64,000 nucleotides of DNA, taken from NCBI GenBank assembly GCA_965153285.1, contig OZ229121.1. The stretch is one strand, 5' to 3'. A program made the position numbers and the translations under genes. This document shows, in pieces, positions 61,247 to 64,000 of the stretch (the first letter of the stretch is position 1; every line of letters starts with the position of its first letter). The notes beneath the pieces are model-generated. The model made no database searches. It saw nothing but the letters and a program-made list of their open reading frames with translations, and was not told the origin of the DNA. Source of the DNA: Podarcis tiliguerta. Its lineage: Eukaryota.

Positions 61247-62795
61247 GTGTGCAGCTTGAATATATATGCCCTTCATCCCTTCCATGCAACATTCCTGGGC
61301 ACATCAGAAGAGAGAGGACTGTCAATGACAGACATTATGGGCTTGGTTACTGGTTCTATAGCAGTATTTATATTAGCTACTGAACTAGGCAGCTAGGGCC
61401 AGAGCTTACACTTCCTACACATATTGAGATGAAACACTGGACCATGGAGAAGCTCTCCTGATCTTTTTTCAACTAAAGTAAAACATTCCTGTGGGTGAAA
61501 AGCAAGCTGCAATGTCTGCTTTCTTTATCAACATCTTCTCAAAAGTGAAACAACTATTTTATGAATGGAAGCGGCAAACAGGATCCTGCACAGACAAGGT
61601 TTTCTGTCCTTTTCATTTGTTTAGAAAGCCGTCCTTATCTAAAAGATTTACTGGTTCTAAGTAGGCACCGAACAATCATAAAATGAAAGACCCAATGCCA
61701 CATGAATGTTTATCTGGTTTTGTGATATCCTGGTGACTGAACATCTTCAATTCCACGAGAAGGCCTGTAAGCTCAATTTGCTTTGTTTTGCTCTGGAAAG
61801 TTGCCAACACTTAAAGCATTACAGAACTCTCCTTGTTATATGTTCTAGTGACTAAAACAACTCGACCACAAATCAGATAGCTACTATTTGGGAGCCTCCC
61901 CAGAGCCAAATTATTTTGTTTTAAGTTAATACCTTGAAACCTAGCTGAATGTAACAAACAAGAAAAATAAGGAGTAACATACATAAAGCACAGCTGCTTT
62001 ATTTCCCAAGTCTAAACTTAAGAAGTTCCATATAAGATTAAAGTGACTGGAAAATTTTAAGAAATCAAACAAGGACTGCCCGCACATTTCTTAGATCCAC
62101 AGATTTTAAAGTTGATAGTTCCTAGCTGTGTGTTATTGTTTATCATAACAAAAGGGTATTTGAACATTACAAAGATATCATCTTTATGGAAGTATGCAGT
62201 ACAACAATTCTTTTAAGTTTTAACGAACCTAAATAAAAATGGTGTTTTGATAAAGCTAAGCAGAAGAGAATCATCTTAAACACACAGTTCCAACAATGGT
62301 GATTGTACTTAAAGGCTTTTGTTCAAGTATCTATGAATTTCCTGAAAAGACTAGATTGTTAAAAGGTTAAACAGAGTGCATTCTATTGCTTCCCAATTTA
62401 TATTCCATTATACATTTGTTTACAAACTTTACCCAAGAGGAAATGCTAAACACATTTATTTCTGCTATCCTCAAACCTATAAAGTTACTTAGTCCCCATT
62501 TATACATAATACTTAGCCTTTGATTTTTCTGTAATCCCTAAATCTAGTTAACATATGGGTATGATTACTCTTTAGTTCCTTTTAGAACTAATTTGAGCTA
62601 CATTTTATTTTTAATCTTTATTGTTTAAATTAATATGGAACTGTCACCACTCGTTAAACACTAAACACAGTGCATAAAGAACTGCTCAAACTTGGGCAAC
62701 AGATAAATCCATCTAGGATCAGAAGAACACCATCCAAAAAACCAAACATTTCTACCTATGTATGTATTGGGGCTGTTTCTGCTCCTTATACTGTA

Positions 62796-63021
62796 CAGTG
62801 GTACCCCGGGTTACATACGCTTCAGGTTACAGACTCCGCTAACCCAGAAATAGTGCTTCAGGTTAAGAACTTTGCTTCCTAATAAGAACAGAAATCATGC
62901 TCCAGCGGCACGGCAGCAGCAGGAGGCCCCATTAACTAAAGTGGTGCTTCAGGTTAAGAACAGTTTCAGGTTAAGAATGGACCTCCGGAACGAATTAAGT
63001 ACTTAACCCGAGGTATCACTG
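62796..63021 (+). mobile_element. Tc1/mariner (pogo/Tigger-like) MITE
   Basis: TA-CAGTGGTACCCCGGGTTA...TAACCCGAGGTATCACTG-TA. Confidence 0.88.
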
Positions 63022-64000
63022 TACTAGATAGTATAAGGAGGCAGGAACTGTTAGTGGATTGTGATCAGCCTCTGAAACCCTTATAAAAATGTAGAATATC
63101 TCTAGATAGCACATTTGGTTTCTCACATTACAGTATAGAAAACAGTCCAGAGAACTATTCTCATCTCAGCTATTTCAATGCTTTATGCATTCTTAACTTT
63201 ATTTCAACTGTATTTGAATTCATTTCTTCCTTGTTTCACATAATGCAGTTTGCAACCAATTACTAATTCTGATAACTAAGGCCTTTTCTAAAAACTATTG
63301 GCTGGGAAAAGCCTGCACTGAAGCTACTCTCTCAATCTTACACCCACACACCAAAGATTAGCTGCAATTTTCAAGGGGTACATTTGAGATGGGGAAAAGG
63401 AGCACTTAAGAGCTGGCCATGGCAATGGCAAGTCTTTCCCCTCTCCCTCTTCCTTTTTTGTGGCAGGGCAGATCTTTTCCTTAAAGAGAAACACCTTTGC
63501 AAAATGTCATGCGTGGTAGCAGCAAAACATTATCAGCCCTCTGTGGAATGCTGCCACCGGCACACCATCATTCTGCAGAGAGCCATAGCATTCTGGGATA
63601 AGAGAGGCATTTTGCAAAGTTCCTGTTTTTTGTTTTCAAAAAGAACGGACATGGTGATGCTACAAGCAGCATTTTTACAAAGCTTTTTAAAAAGCGCTAA
63701 TAACACCACAGTAAGTTTTATCCACCCGTGAATATTGCTAACCTCTTCTCCGCCGCCACCTCAATTTGCCATCTACGAAAGGTCTGGTGAACAGGCATGG
63801 GACATTTCAGTCCAGCCCTATGCAGGGTATGGCATACTTGTTTTTGACCTTCAGACATCTCTTGAAAAATTCATGCTGACTGCCCTATGCAGTTGTTTTT
63901 CCTGTGTAACCAATCATTTTAATATATCTTTTATACATTTTTTGTTTTCATGTTATACTTTCCCTAATATTTTGTGAAAGAATGGTACATAAACACTTCT

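Noticed and set aside
1-64000. About 200 short ORFs in the six-frame track as independent genes
   Set aside because: Apart from those overlapping the JAZF1/TAX1BP1 exons and LINE remnants, they are chance ORFs in introns or TEs. Recurrent peptides such as MAEGAGVQL.GHVASMTKPLL are Sauria SINE translations.
1-64000. CRISPR array, operon or prokaryotic defence system
   Set aside because: Spliced vertebrate genes and squamate TEs throughout; no regularly spaced repeat-spacer structure.
60376-64000. A further upstream TAX1BP1 coiled-coil exon
   Set aside because: I found no minus-strand E/K/Q-rich reading frame with splice sites; it probably lies beyond the window.

Overview
Eukaryotic (vertebrate) genomic DNA from a squamate reptile, most likely a lacertid lizard, judged from its Sauria-SINE, Squam3-like and L2 repeats. 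The window holds the 3' ends of two convergent genes. JAZF1 (+) contributes its last three coding exons (30491-30687, 48157-48326, 50019-50195) and a ~2.3 kb 3'UTR; bases 1-30490 are JAZF1 intron. TAX1BP1 (-) contributes its last four coding exons (59768-59588, 59298-59150, 55442-55357, 54345-54144), ending in the two UBZ zinc fingers. The rest is intron filled with SINEs, hAT/Tc1-mariner/palindromic MITEs, solo-LTR-like elements and L2/CR1 fragments. Nearly all ORFs in the supplied track are spurious. I found no new protein-coding system. The best-supported unusual structure is at 32.4-35.7 kb: a nested TE stack (L2 > MITE > solo LTR > Sauria SINE) overlaid by a ~1 kb tandem duplication. Diagnostic bases and swapped TSDs indicate unequal recombination between two Sauria-SINE subfamilies within an 18-bp identity. 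Other leads are candidate HoxA-landscape enhancers, a MITE-derived hairpin and a miRNA-seed cluster in the JAZF1 3'UTR, and a MITE carrying promoter motifs upstream of exon 3. Repeat family names and human comparisons are from memory, not database searches.
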